Shown here: one piece after another, positions 13,021-26,623 of the stretch | Position numbering within the stretch: the stretch's first letter is position 1 | Layout: every line of letters starts with the position of its first letter | Source: Cystobasidiomycetes sp. EMM_F5 | Lineage: Eukaryota | DNA: 64,000 bases | Direction: 5' to 3' | Assembly (NCBI GenBank): GCA_051047955.1 | Contig: JBPGPT010000037.1 | Location: 1-64,000 of the forward strand | The notes under the pieces: generated by a model | Database searches by the model: none | What the model saw: only the letters and a program-made list of their open reading frames with translations | Told to the model about the DNA's origin: nothing | Position numbers and translations under genes: made by a program

Positions 13021-14532
13021 TCATAGACGTGCCTTAGACCAGCGAGCCAGATTTGCTAAGAGAATTCCACCCCGGTCGCTTTGCCATTTCTGTAGATCCC
13101 ATGATTGCAGATCCATTGGGAAAAGCTGCTTGTCTCCGACAGTTTGCGAGCGCTGTAGGGCTAGCGTCTTTTGTGAGCTTCCAAGAGGTGAGTCGATGCC
13201 AAGAACCTGACACAAAGATCAAGCTTTATTTCAGTCAAATCACTAAATATGAGCATTTCGACGCACGATAAATATCTTTGCCAGGCCCACTTGAGCTTCC
13301 ATAGGTATCGTCTCAAACTTCACCTGAGGCATGCGGCTAAGCACCGGCTGCACGACATCCCGTATGGTTTGCGGATTGAGCGAGCCAGCATCGCAATTCA
13401 CGGGTCCAAGTGTGCCGGCCGCGATGTGTGATATTAGGCTATTGACGACATAGTCTATCGGGACCTCGTCTACCATGTTTGATCCGCCTGTTCGGCTTGC
13501 ACTGCAGCTGTGAGTCAATGTAGATGAGGACGGAAGTTTCATCGCCAAGGATAGATAATTTGATAAGGGCATAGATTCTTGATACGACCACATCGGAGTT
13601 GGTTCAACCATCCTGAGTGGTGCAAGAAGACTGTGTTTCAGCTTCGAAAGAGCGCGAACATGTACGACGAGGCCTACGCCGGACCAATGCAAGATGGCCG
13701 AAATATGCAAAACGGAAGATCGGAATACCGTTGAGCTATGAGACGCTCTGCCAGATGTTTCGTATAGGCGTAGTTCATGTACCACCTTGATTTTGCGTCA
13801 AACAGCAGCCTGCCTTTGTCGATTGCTCTGAGCTCTCCATCCGTTGTAGGCCAAATGTCAATGTCCTCCGAAGCGGCAGGCCAGCAGGATTGTGAGAACA
13901 GAGACGATACGTGTATCTGAGGCATGCCACGTCAGCGGTGGGACTTTGTAGTCCAATACGTGCAATTACGTAGCGTTCAAGAAGCACGCAAGACTGAGCA
14001 AGCTCAGCGATCCTCATAGCTCCGTGTATATTGATATTTGCAAGCTGATGTACCGATTTGAGAAGCGAGATATCAGCAGCGCTATGAATGACAATGTGCG
14101 CCTCCTGTTTCACAGTGTCCATGTCGCTCTGCGACATGCCCAGAAATGGTCGATGTAAAGCGACATCCCCAATCAAAGCAACGATTTTGCGGCTTTCGAT
14201 AAGTCTAGCTGCGCAACTTGATGGTAATTTTTCTTGCCATTGTCTTTGCAAGCGGGTCTGTGCGTCCACCGGTAGACCGGACCCCTCCCGAACTAGAGCG
14301 TAGATCCTTGCAACATGGGTGCAGCGTATCAACTTTTCGCATAAGGCAATGCCTAGCATTCCGCTGTGTAAGAGCAATCATCAACATTCGAAGGTCATAA
14401 CGTAAACTCTTCGCGTAGGGCTAGCAAGATGAATTCATACGTTGCACCGGTCACAAATATCGTTTTACCAGCGTAATAGTCAGCTGTAGGCGAACTCGCA
14501 TTGAAGGCATCTTTGGCAGCATGATCTTGCAT
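13021..14532 (-). CDS. Fatty acyl-CoA reductase-like protein, copy 2 (tandem paralog); ends -ARL
   Basis: YYAGKTIFVTGAT|GMLG, HSAADIS, YAYTKHLAE, RPSCIGPA, DEVPIDYVV and DKQLFPMDL. Intron positions match copy 1. Confidence 0.85.
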
Positions 14533-14936
14533 GATGGGTTGGTCAATGTAAGAACAGTGCAGAGGGAGGTTCAGCTGGCGAGCGAGCAAGAAGAATCTCG
14601 TCGGACGTTTGACGGGCGATAACGGGGTCCCGGCTGCGTGACGGGAGGAAAATGTGAGGAGGAATGGATTACCAATGCACTTGAGGTTTATAATACATCG
14701 CATCGTCAGATCTGGCACAGAAGTAGTATCGTGGCCGGAGATTTGTTGTTCCCGGAAACGCTCATCACAAGCCCGATACTGCACACTTGTATCAGCAAGG
14801 GTGTATGATGCGTTGCTGAGTGCACCGTAGTCGAATACCGGAGGCTCCTAACGCTCCAAATTATACCGAGCTTGTCTTGTAAGGCTTCGAAGGCGGTTGC
14901 GCTCGTCGTGACATATACCTGACCAAAGACAGCGCC

Positions 14937-15996
14937 ATGGCTGCAGATATGGCCATATCCTTTGACAATTCCCTCTCGCTCAGCTTGGCAGGTCAACATC
15001 AGCTCGAACTGGACGAGGACTGGATTCGGAGGCTGAAGCAAGCTGGTCGGCAGACAGAAACCCGTCTTCGCGTACAGCTTGCCAGCACATCTGCCTGGCG
15101 AGCTCTAGCTTCCGACAGAGTTAAGCATTTTCAAGCTGTCCAGTCATTCATCGGTCAGATATACGTCGTCGTGTCGTCTGTGCTGCCTGAAGAGGCCACG
15201 GTCGACGTGGTGATCGAGGTACTCTTCGGAGAGAGAGAGATGCACCGTACGGGCAATGTGGACAGCCGAGACGCAAACACTTCTGTTCTGTCCGAGACTT
15301 CCCATTCCCTGGAAGAGGTCGGAAGCCGGACAGACAAAAAAGCGGAGAGCGAATCCGAGCCCGTTGCGACACAGCCGGAAACTGTCGCATTAGGCGGCAC
15401 CTTTGATCACTTGCACGCAGGACACAAGATCTTGCTAACCATGGCTTGCTGGCTCGCGAGAAGGCGCGTCATCGTTGGAATCACTGACGACGTTCTCTTG
15501 GGCAGCAAGCAATACAAGGATCTCTTGCAAAGCCTGTTAGTAACAGACGTTCTTGGGCTACACGTTTCCAAACGCTAAGTAGACTCTCAGTGATGTTCGC
15601 ACTGCTGCCGTCCGGTCGTTCCTCGGATTATGCTGCCCTCAGATTCAGCACGATACGCCAGCTTTGCAAGACGTGTACGGTCCTACGGCCGTCGATCCAG
15701 ATGTACAAGCTGTCATAGTCAGCGAAGAGACCCGTGGCGGTGCCTCGGCCAGTGCGTTCTTACGTCTGTCTGATATTCTACGCTTGCTGAATTCGAAACA
15801 CACCTCTGCAGTTGCCGAAAAGCGACGCGAGAACAATCTCTGTCAGCTGGACACTTATGTTATAAACGTAATCACCCCAGAAAGCTTTCTCGATGTTGAG
15901 AACATCAGCAAAGAAGATATGCTTAAGCTTAAGATGGGCAGCACCCAGATTCGTCGTCGCTTAAAGGAGAGACAAGATGATGCACAGAAGACATGA
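14937..15996 (+). CDS. CAB4: Phosphopantetheine adenylyltransferase (Cab4-like, CoA biosynthesis)
   Basis: ALGGTFDHLHAGHKILL (HxGH), VGITDD, DVYGPT, IVSEETRGG and KMGSTQIR motifs. Confidence 0.9.
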
Positions 15997-16287
15997 ATGG
16001 TCCCTTGAGCGCAAACGAATCATTCTGAGCCTCTCCAGACTATCGGGGCCAAGGATCGTCCCGCAAACAGCCAGCAACGCCATCGAGACAATCGACTCCG
16101 TAGAGAGCTTACGCTACGATCAGAGACATACCAGGCAGCTTCCGAGGCAATGAGAGTGGTCCTGGGAGAAACGCAGTCTGGAGTGCAATGATGGCAGTCA
16201 CGCAAGCGTCATGATTGATCTTCAGTCTGGAACAACAAAACTGACACTTCTGCGATATGCACAACCACTACACTGTGAACGATGCTG

Positions 16288-17062
16288 CTACAACTCCTTA
16301 CCATTCAGCCATAGATCATCACCTAGGTAGTGAATGTTGTCGACACCGATACCCTTGTTGATTTTCTGAATGTCGTCGGTATCCATCTTTGTCAAGCCTA
16401 CTGCGCAAGGCAGTATCTTCGTTTCTGCAAAGATTGCCACAGCTCTTTCGGATGGTACAGCTGGAGAGGGTAGGGACCCTCCTCTACTTGTCAAGCCAGG
16501 GCACATGATGTTGGCGCCAGCCAAGACGAATTTGATGGCGCCCTTGTCCACTTGAACTCTCGGTAATAAATCAGGATCTGAAAGGGCAGACATCTCAACG
16601 AGAGCTGCAGAGGAATCGATGAGTGCTCACATTGATGCAGTAAGCGCAAAGTCGGATAATACGGCCCATCAAAGTGTTGGAAGAATAGGGGTTGCCCTTT
16701 GAGAGCGAGAATGGATACGTGCTCTCTGCTGAATTGAGGATAGATCACTCAGCAGGCATACTTATAGCCGTTCCGTTGCGTCTGCGGACCATTTGATGAG
16801 CGTCAAGCCCTCCTTCTTTGGCCATAAGACTTCGAGCAATGTTGGCGGTTCTTCACCCTCTGCCAGTATTTGATCCGCGCTCCCAGCCGGTTGATTCAGA
16901 AGAGGCATCTGTTCCAGCAGCTTGGTCCGTATGCCTCGTTGATGGGAGGACTTGATTGCCGTATTTGAAGCGACATCCTCTGCTCGAGAGAATCTGCAAA
17001 GCGATAGCCAGTCAACCGGCTGCTCTCATGCTGAGGCCAGGACGGGCATACTTTTTAAACAT
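16288..17062 (-). CDS. TMA20: Translation machinery-associated protein 20 / MCTS1 (PUA domain)
   Basis: [50 protein letters not shown] and HYLGDDLW. Confidence 0.93.
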
Positions 17063-17329
17063 GTTGAGCAGGTGTCAGCCAGTGAATTGAAGGAGTACAG
17101 GGCTGCGCGCGACAGTATCGGCTTGCGACAACCCGATCACTTACGCTTCGACCCAGCCATTGCATCATGGCTTTCCACACTACTGACATCCTCTGCCGCT
17201 AGAATACTGACACATCTGCTGATAATATTCTCTTCTTGTCCGCATATACGGAAGACTTCGACAAACTAAGAATGCAGTAGATTAGACGGACGATATATCA
17301 CTTCGTCGCGCCCTGCCGTCTCATACTCC

Positions 17330-20300
17330 ATGGTCGACGCGAAAGGCGCAGAGACCAGCTCGAGCAACAAGTCTTCAACGCCAAGCTTCTCCTCCTTTCC
17401 ACAATTACCACCAGCCAGAGTTGCCGCGCCGTCGTTCGATTCATTCCCCGCAGAAACACCTGCGGCAAGCACCTCGAAACGACCATATGATAGTGGTTCG
17501 GATGAGGATCAAGAGACAATCAGTAGGAGAGCGCGCTCAACCAAGGAGGTGGAAAGACGAAGGCCCCGCCATTCCGATGACCAGGAGAAGCCGTCTCGTA
17601 AGCAGCGTGACCGGGAGAAGTCCCGATTCGACCGGCAGGATGCGACACCACAGTCTAAGCATCGATCTGACCGACACCGCTCTCGCTCGCGTGAACGGGG
17701 ATCAAAGAATCATCGGCCAGAATTCGCCTCCAGCAAGGGCAAGGAGCGAGGCAAACCCGTATGTATTACATCATCCAGCAGGTCATAGTCTCATCGTATC
17801 TTTCCTCAGGAAACTGCGTACTACAATGTCCCAGACTTGGCCTCAGGGGAGATAGCCAGACTTTTGCCTCGGAACCTCGATGATGACGATGGGGACCCGG
17901 AAGTTAGCCATCTACCTGATTACAAGCTATATAAGCAAGACACCAATGGAGACCAAGAAGTGAGACGATACGGAAGGCTATACAAGGCGAGCATCCCAAA
18001 TTATCGCAGAGCAGGATGTAAGCTATGTACGATGCCGATTATAGACAGGTTTAACGACTAAAAGGGATCCTTGTCTCGTCTAGATGGCCATCTTGTCGGA
18101 TTAGATGGCGAATTCCGCGTGACAAAAGCTACTGCACATACCGGGAATGGACTGGCCGTTGCAGCGGGACGGGACAATAGCGCTGTACGCAATGAAGCGG
18201 AGGTCCTCAGTTGAGGCTTGGCGTGCTGAATGTAGTCTTGACAGGCCTTGAAACTGAGCCACCAAGCGGTCAAAGCTCGGCTGAATGATAAGCGCTACAA
18301 GCGCATCAGCTTACTTCCCTCAAACAAGCTCTTGGATCCAGGCTACGAGAGATTGGGGCATGCCTTCACCGCCTCTGACGACTTCATTGCACTTCCGCAC
18401 TTTGAATCTGCTGATGACCGTGTAGCTAAGCTGGAGCACGAGGATGGCCAAGACTATCGCTCCATCGAAGGATTGATTAAGGGTCCAAAGAACCAGGCAG
18501 CTCGAGGTCCACAAAGTGATTCAGAAGAAGAAGAAGGGTATGTCGAAGAAGAGGGTGGAGAGAGTTATAACGAATTCTTGCGACGACGCACTATTGAGTT
18601 TGACCGTAATCTCAAGCAAAACCCTCATAACATCGAGATATGGCTGGAACTAGTCTCCTTTCAAGCGGAAGTCCACGGTCATATTGATCGAGAGAGTACT
18701 CTTCGCAGCAGGAGACGCGCTAGTGCGGTAGGCCCGCAGCGTTCATTGGCTGAAGTAAAATTGGCGATATTGGAGAAGGCTATCGACACTCAGCCAAGCA
18801 CCGAAACATCGGGAAGCTATCGATCTCTTGACCTACATCTTGCTGCGCTAGAACAAGGCGCGCATATATGGGATATGGCAGAGCTTATGAAGCGTTGGCA
18901 GGCTGTATTGCGGGATTACGCCACGGAATTCAGAGTCTGGACGGCATACATCACTTTCCGACAAACTGCTTCGCAGGCATTCACTGTCCCGGAGATCGAA
19001 GAGCTTTTCGGTGAATGCATATCTCGCATGATGCGCGCAAATTGCTCAACTTGGAAAGGCTCTGCAGGCGAGTCAAGGCAGAGACGAGTCCATTCCAATC
19101 AATGCTAATTATAATTGGGCGATTAATAGATCGCCTGTCCCTGGAGCAAAATTGTCTTTACCTGCTGCTGCGGTTGTGTCTGTTGTTGAAACAAGCCGGT
19201 GGGCTGGGATAATTGCGCATTTCGATGCGACAGCTGAGGCCGTATGGACGCTTTTCCAGGATACCCAGAGCGGGCCCTGGCAGCCTTTCAGGCTATGATG
19301 GAGCTCAACTTTCGCTTGCCATCACAGTACGACCGAGAACGAATGTCGAGAGATGCTGCGTATCTGACGACAGTAATAGACGGACTCGAGAGCTTCTGGG
19401 ACACCGAGTCACCGAGGTTTGGAGAGGCTAACGCACAAGGCTGGTGCAGCGAATACGCAAGTCCAGGATCACTTCCGGTTAGGGACGGAAAGGTAGCCGG
19501 GTGGCAGAGTGCCCACTCTGATAGCAGTGAGGATCCTTTCTTGCGGTGGGGCGAGATTGAGGCCGAGCGAGGGTCTCAAACCACCCGCCCGATTCGAACT
19601 AATCTTATCGATGAGGAAAGTACCGAGGATCCTTATTCACTCGTTCTATTCTCCGATATCCGACAGCTTCTGTTCCCACTGTCTTGTCAGGATTCTCGCT
19701 ACCTCCTCGTGTATTCTTTGCTATTCTTTCTCGGTCTGCCCTTAAACCCACCGGATACCTCGACGTCAACGTCCTTGGCGAGTGATCCCTTTCTTCACGG
19801 TGATGGCTTCAGTTCAAAATCAAAGCAGTCAGATTTTTGGCCAAACACGACTTCCGACGACTTCTTGCAAGGTCTAATTCCGTTTGAAACCATCGGAGGG
19901 TCTGCCATGGAGCCTATCCGTCACAGTGGCCTCAGCGAACCCTTCGCCATGCCGTTTCGCAAATTTCCAATATCTCCGGATGCATTGTACCAGAATGATC
20001 CAAAATGGTTCTGCTTGCTGGATCACTCAGACTACTTGAATGAGTTGGACCTAACACTAATTCGGTGAGTCACGACCACCTTTCACCCGCTTCATCGGTT
20101 ATAACCTCTATTTTGCTGGGCGGCATATTGCGTAGTGAGGTTTTAGCACAAGCACGAACAGTCTCCAAAGATAGCTTCCTGTCTTTGGCGTATTTCTCGT
20201 TAGAAGCGTCTCTGCAGCCGAAAAGGTAGGTCATCGAAATCCCTCCGGTCATATCTTCACACGGTTGATTCGTTGGGATCCGCGATTTAGTGCCGTAAAG

Positions 20301-21687
20301 GTCGCAAAGCATATACTCAAGCAGGACAGTAAGCATTTGCTATTGTGGGATGCCTATGCACGCATCGAGCGTAGCAATGGTAAAATATCAACCGCCAGAA
20401 AAGTCTATGCAAACGCTCTGCAATTGTCGCAAGACTTCAGCGAAAAAGAAAAGATCGATACCCTTCTTCTTTGGCGCGCCTGGGCAGAGATGGAATGGGA
20501 ATGTGGTAGAGCTGATGCTGCAATGGCTATCTTGATTGCGAGTGTTTCTTCCGCCAGTCAGCAGCTGAGTTTGGGTAAGCTTGGTGCAGAGTGAATGCAA
20601 GAGTTACGCTAAACTGTATTACAGAACCTCTTGCCAGTGAGCAGGAAGTGGCACCTTCAGCTCCTCCTCAGATCCTCAGAACGCGACAGCATTACCAACG
20701 CCTACTCGGTCTAGCGAACAAGGACGATTCCCCGCAGTCTTTGTTTCGCCATCGTATCAGCATTACCATGTGTTTCGCCCTCGTCGAGTACCTGTCTCGA
20801 GGTCTGGACGCGGCTGGCAGTGTGTTTACAGACCAGATCTCGGCTCTGCAAGCCGAATCTCCGCGATCCGCCGAGGAGGAAGAAGCGCACGCTCTGTACG
20901 CAAAGATACTGTACCGGCACACGCAGACAAACAAGATATTCCAGCCTGAGAGACTGCGCAAAGTCTTGGAAGATGCACTCCATCAATTTCCCAACAACTC
21001 CATCTTCCTTTCACTATATCTCCACAATGAAGCACGCTCACGCATCGAGAATCGCGTGCGCAGAACCTTGGAAGCGGCTGTGTTGCGCGATAATGTCGTT
21101 ACTGCTGAAGGATGGCTGTTCGCTATCTATGCAGAACTGCACATCAATGCGAGAAGCTATAGTCCGGAAGCCGTTCGATCTCTGTTTGAACGGGCAGTGG
21201 AACACCCACGGTGAGCTGACGACATACGTCGGCGGTTTGTGCTGCATTTATACTGAGTCCTTGCGCTAGCTGCAAGTCGTCTGTTAGCTTGTGGATGCTA
21301 TACATCCAGTTCGAGACACGACAGAATAAGCTGCGCCGGGCCAAAGGACTGCAGCGTCGAGCACTTGTCGAGTGTCCATGGGCAAAGAGTCCGTACCTCA
21401 CACACTTTAGTGTTCTGCTACTGTACTAATCAGCTCCCTTATGCTCTGCAGAACTTTACATGCTCGCTTTTACCGCCCCGTTACGATCAGCATACCGCTC
21501 CGCCGAGCTACGAGAGGTGCACAGACTTATGCTAGAGAAAGGACTTCGTATTCATACGGATTTCAACGAGGTCACTTCCGGCTGGAACAGTCAAGCCAGT
21601 AACGACGATGAGGAGGATGAAGCTTCAGAGGACGCATTGTATGCACAACGTCAAGCGGAGGAGAGACTGCGGCTGTTGCCAATGTGA
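17330..21687 (+). CDS. NRDE2: NRDE2/Nrl1-like HAT-repeat nuclear RNA surveillance/splicing factor (multi-exon)
   Basis: D..GD....RYG..Y..IPNYRR, PHNIEIWLELVSFQ, GYPERALAAFQAMME, FWDTESPRFGE, DPYSLVLFSDI, LWDAYA, FPNNSIFL, CPWAK and MLEKGLRIH. Confidence 0.9.
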
Positions 21688-21727
21688 ATACTGAGCAATC
21701 AAGGCGTAGTGCTAGCTGTCTCGGATT

Positions 21728-22503
21728 CTACTTGATATCGCTACTCTTGACGACCGTTGCGAAAAAGTCGGAGAGCTCAGCGAGAACCATCTACGGGTTT
21801 TATTGACATGTCAAATCGGCGATGGTGAAGTAAGTCATATTATTTTACGGACCTTGGTAACTTCCGCTCCGGTCGCGTTTGGGATGTCGCGGCTGAAGCC
21901 GGAGACTGTCAGTATTCACGAAGGATGAAATACCCCGACAAGTTTGGACTCACTCTCCGATAGCGTCCTCCACTACAAGAACTTCGTAGCCAAGCTGATG
22001 CGCTTCTCTTGCCGTTGTGCTCACACAGACTAGAGTAAACGGACGGGATCAGACTACAGACGCGTCTGGAATGTATAGTACGATATCATACCATGCGACA
22101 TGAACCCGGAAAGAACGACCTTCTTCTTGCCAGATTGTTTGATGATGCTTCCCAGCTCCGTCTCTGCAAAGGAGCCTGGGAACTTCTTGGAGATACTGAC
22201 CTCCTTCTGCGTGTCGCAGCTTCCATCAGGCTTGAGCTCGTCGAACTCCTCCGCAAGCTCGGTGTCCGGTGTGAAAACTGGCGTTCCTGCTGGGACGGAG
22301 TGGGTGATGTGCACAATGTTGCCCCGACCTTTACGATACTTGTCAAGTAGCCCGGCGATGGCAGGACGAGACGTCTCGATGTTGGACACTGCGAGCGCGC
22401 CCTTTGCGTACTCGTTCTGAGCATCAATAATGAGAAGGACGGAATCGCTCGTCGAGGCTGTCGAATCTGGCAAACCAGCGAGGGAGCGGAAGGAGTGAGC
22501 CAT
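21728..22503 (-). CDS. Isochorismatase-family cysteine hydrolase
   Basis: LLIIDAQNEY, KKFPGSFAET, GFMSH|VCVSTTAR and DAIGD|RDIP; three short introns. Confidence 0.9.
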
Positions 22504-23027
22504 GTTGAGCTTTTACGGGTGCGGGCCAAATCTCCGTAATCTGCAATCAATATGTAGGACGGAAAAGAAGCAATACCTGTCTGCTGGCTGCAAATAATGA
22601 GCTGCAACTTTGCATTTCGGCAGATCATCTGACGGCATACAATTCCGCGCGCAGCCGACGAGCCGGGCAAGAATTGCAAAATGCACAGACTTCTGAGACT
22701 CTACGTAACTGGCTGCATTCTTAACAAGACTGCCCAGCGCAGTCTGAATCTTCGAGCGCTTCAAGGACTGGCTGGCAGCACATCGTCCACGAGAGTAATG
22801 GGTATAGACAGGCCAGCGTCAATCCGAACAAGCACAATGTAGCCTTATCTCGCCCGTAAATCCTGAACGTGAGAATGTACGTTATACTGCTTCTCGTCGA
22901 CGTGTTGTACTCCTATTGCAGCCCGTTGTCGCAGAAGTCAGCTTTCGAAGTACATATCAATTCTTGAGCTGAGCTTGACTCCAGCCAACACGAATTGCAA
23001 GTCTTACATGCCCCCAGTCTGCAGCCG

Positions 23028-26000
23028 ATGAGCGACCTCCAGACATGGGTCGGCGACCAGCTGCTGAATCTGCTCGGAGCCAGTGACTCGGCTCTAGTGT
23101 CGTACTTTGTGACGCTAGCGAGCAAAGGCAAGAATGCTGGCCAGCTCTACGGTCAATTGGTTGCAAACGGGCTTCCAGAGACTGGTCCAGCGCAGAGGTT
23201 TGCTGAGGATCTCTACAAGCGTGCGCCCAAGGCTGGTGGGAACGCAGCAGCTTCTGCTCTGAGTGCCGCAGCAAAGGAGAGAAAGAAGCAGGAGGAACGG
23301 CTGCGCGAAGAGCAGAGGAAGAAGGATCTCGGACGGCAAAAGTTTTCCATTATTGACGATGCAGACGATGGCCTGCCCGTCGCGAGCACGAGCGCAGCAG
23401 GGAGCAGCAGGGACAGATCCGCCAACAAAAAGGACAAGTCGGTCGCAACAGCTCGTAAGCGAGCGACGGAAAAGGACTGGGAGGATGACGAGCAAGTCGC
23501 AAACGGAAGCTCACTCAAGCGTAGGCGGAGCAGATCTCCACCGAACAATACCGAACGCAGTCGGTTATCGACACCTACAGACGAGACGGCAGAGGAGGAG
23601 GCTCTTCGACTCGAAAGGGAGCGAATCAAGGATCTCAAAGAGAGGGACGAGTTTGACAAGCGGATGAAGGAGAAGGACAAGGGTAAAGGCAAGCAGAGGG
23701 TCGTCGAAGACCGAACAATGACTGCCGAGCAACGCGCGAGGCGACTATTGCAGGAGGATGCAGAAAAGGCAGCAGCAGCTATGCCAAATCTACGAGACTA
23801 CTCGCGGCAGGAATACCTCAAAAAGCGAGAACAGCAGCGTATAGATCTGTTGCGGCTGGAAATACAAGATTTCGAACGTGATACGCGAGGCCTGAAGCTC
23901 ACAAAGCGCGAAATCAAGGAGTTGGAGAGCAAAAAGGAGATTCTTCGTCTCACCGAAGAGCGTCTCAAGATTGACGATGGCGTCGACGGGTACATGATGC
24001 CGGAAGACTATATAACAGAGCAGGGCAAGCTCGATACGCGGCGGAAGAAGGAGGTTTTGTACAAGCGATACGAGGACAATAAGCGAGAGCGGGATCAGGA
24101 TCAATTCGTGACAGACTTGGACCGGTCAGTTTACCCTACTCAATCGTATGTAGACTTTAGCCTCCTAACGCTTCCGCTTTCAAACAGGTACGAACAACTG
24201 CAAACTAGCAACGCAACCTTGCATTCAGGCGCATTGGATCGCGATGGTGCTCCGCAAGGTAATGATTACGAATTTGTTTTTGACGACTCCGCACATATAG
24301 CATTCAAAATGGACGCACGCATAGCCGGTACAATGACAGCAGACGAGGCTGCTCTACAAGCGCAAATTGAGGCTGCTGAAAAGCGTGCGCAATCTATTGA
24401 CGAAGTTCGGAAGTCTCTGCCGGTCTACAAATTCCGGGAAGAGCTCCTCGACGCCATCGCTCAGTATCAGGTGCTCATTATTGTAGGAGAGACCGGGTCA
24501 GGCAAGACGACCCAGCTTCCACAATTCTTACACGAAGCTGGGTATACGAAAGGCGGGCTCAAAGTAGGCTGCACGCAACCTCGTCGAGTGGCTGCAATGT
24601 CAGTGGCTGCGCGTGTAGCGGAAGAGATGGGCGTACGCCTCGGCAAGGAAGTAGGCTATTCTATCCGCTTTGAAGACTGTACGAGCGACAAGACAGTCGT
24701 CAAGTACATGACGGATGGTATGCTTCTGCGGGAGTTTATGACGGAACCGGATCTAGCTGGGTACAGTGCCATGATCATCGACGAAGCTCACGAACGTACC
24801 CTGAGTACGGATATCCTGCTCGGTCTTGTCAAAGACATCGCACGATTTCGTCCAGACTTTCGACTTCTGATTGCTTCCGCTACTATCAATGCCGAAAAGT
24901 TCTCAGCCCACTTCGACGACGCACCCGTATTTCATATCCCCGGTCGAATGTACCCGGTTGACGTGCACTACACGCCTCAGCCCGAGGCCAACTATCTACA
25001 CGCAGCGATCACCACCGTTTTCCAAATTCACACGTCCCAGCCAAAAGGCGATATCCTCGTGTTCTTGACTGGTCAAGACGAGATCGATGCCGCACAGGAG
25101 AGCCTGGAGGAAACCTCTCGTGCGCTTGGAAACAAAGTGGCCGAGCTGATCATATGCCCCATTTACGCCAATCTGCCGACCGAGATGCAGTCCAAGATCT
25201 TCGAGCCGACACCGCCTGGAGCGAGAAAAGTTGTGCTGGCTACCAACATTGCCGAAACATCCATTACTATTGATGGAGTGGTCTATGTCATTGATCCTGG
25301 ATTCGTCAAACAGAACTCGTACAATCCTCGTACCTCGATGGAATCGCTAGTCGTCGTACCTTGCTCGCGTGCTTCGGCTGGTCAACGCGCTGGACGTGCT
25401 GGGCGAGTTGGGCCAGGCAAGACTTTCCGCTTATACACAAAGACCGCGTATGCCAATGAGCTAGAGGAAGATACGGTACCTGAAATCCAGAGAACAAACC
25501 TCGGCTCCGCTATTCTCTTGCTAAAATCGCTTGGAATTAACAACTTGCTGGAATTCGAATTCATCGACCCACCACCGGAAGAGACGATGCGTCGAAGTCT
25601 GGAATTATTGTACGCGCTGGGTGCGCTCAACAACAAGGGCGAACTGACAAAGCTTGGAAGAAGGATGAGCGAATTCGTAAGTAGTCCATTCGGTTTGTGT
25701 TCGCGCTTTATGCTGATCACTACTTGCAGCCTATGGACCCCAGACTTTCGAAAGCCATCATTGCAAGCGAGCATTATCAATGCACAGAAGAGGTCCTTAC
25801 AATTGTTGCCATGCTGCAAGAGTCTGGATCGTTATTCTTCCGACCAAAAGACAAGCGGATACAAGCCAATCAAGCACATCAGAACTTTGTCCGACCAGGT
25901 GGGGATCACTTTACGTTGCTAAACATCTTCAACGAATGGGTCGATACCGCCTTCTCCATTGCGTGGACGTACGAGAACTTTGTGCAAGTCAAGTCTTTGA

Positions 26001-26401
26001 ACCGCGTTCGCGACATTCGAGACCAACTCTCATCGCTGTGTGAGAGGGTGGAGATTGTCCCCGAGAGTAACCCAGACTCTTCGGACATTATGCCCATACA
26101 GAAGTCGCTGCTATCGGGCTACTTTTACAACTGTGCCCAATTGAGCCGAAGCGGAGACAGCTACAAAACTTTCAAGACGAATCAAACCATCTTCATTCAC
26201 CCATCCTCCTCGCTGTTCCAAACGCAGCCGCCTGTCAGGTACATCAACTACTATGAGCTGGTCCTCACGTCGAAAGAGTATGCGAGGTCGGTCATGGAGT
26301 GCAAGCCAGACTGGCTGCTTGAGGTGGCTCCGCATGCATTCAACAAGAAGGACATTCAAGATGAGAGCGCAAAGAAGATGCCCAAGCAAATCAAGCAGTG
26401 A
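23028..26401 (+). CDS. PRP2: Pre-mRNA splicing DEAH-box helicase Prp2/Cdc28/DHX16
   Basis: [24 protein letters not shown] and QRAGRAGR motifs, plus the DHX16-type N-terminal region ([14 protein letters not shown]). Confidence 0.93.
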
Positions 26402-26623
26402 TACTGTCTGTATTTGACCAATGTGGGACTACGTTCTCCAGCGTTGTAGCTCTAGTCTACCACTTTGTGGGACCTGCGTATCCGACGGCTGTCGGAGAAG
26501 GGCGGGCGTCAATTTATCCGGTGCCATCCGTAGTGCCTGAAAGACTGCGATGAACTCGGAATTAGCGACAAAGCTTGCTCTTCTGTATCAGTACAATACA
26601 ACGTATCATCAGCTGCGGAAGCC

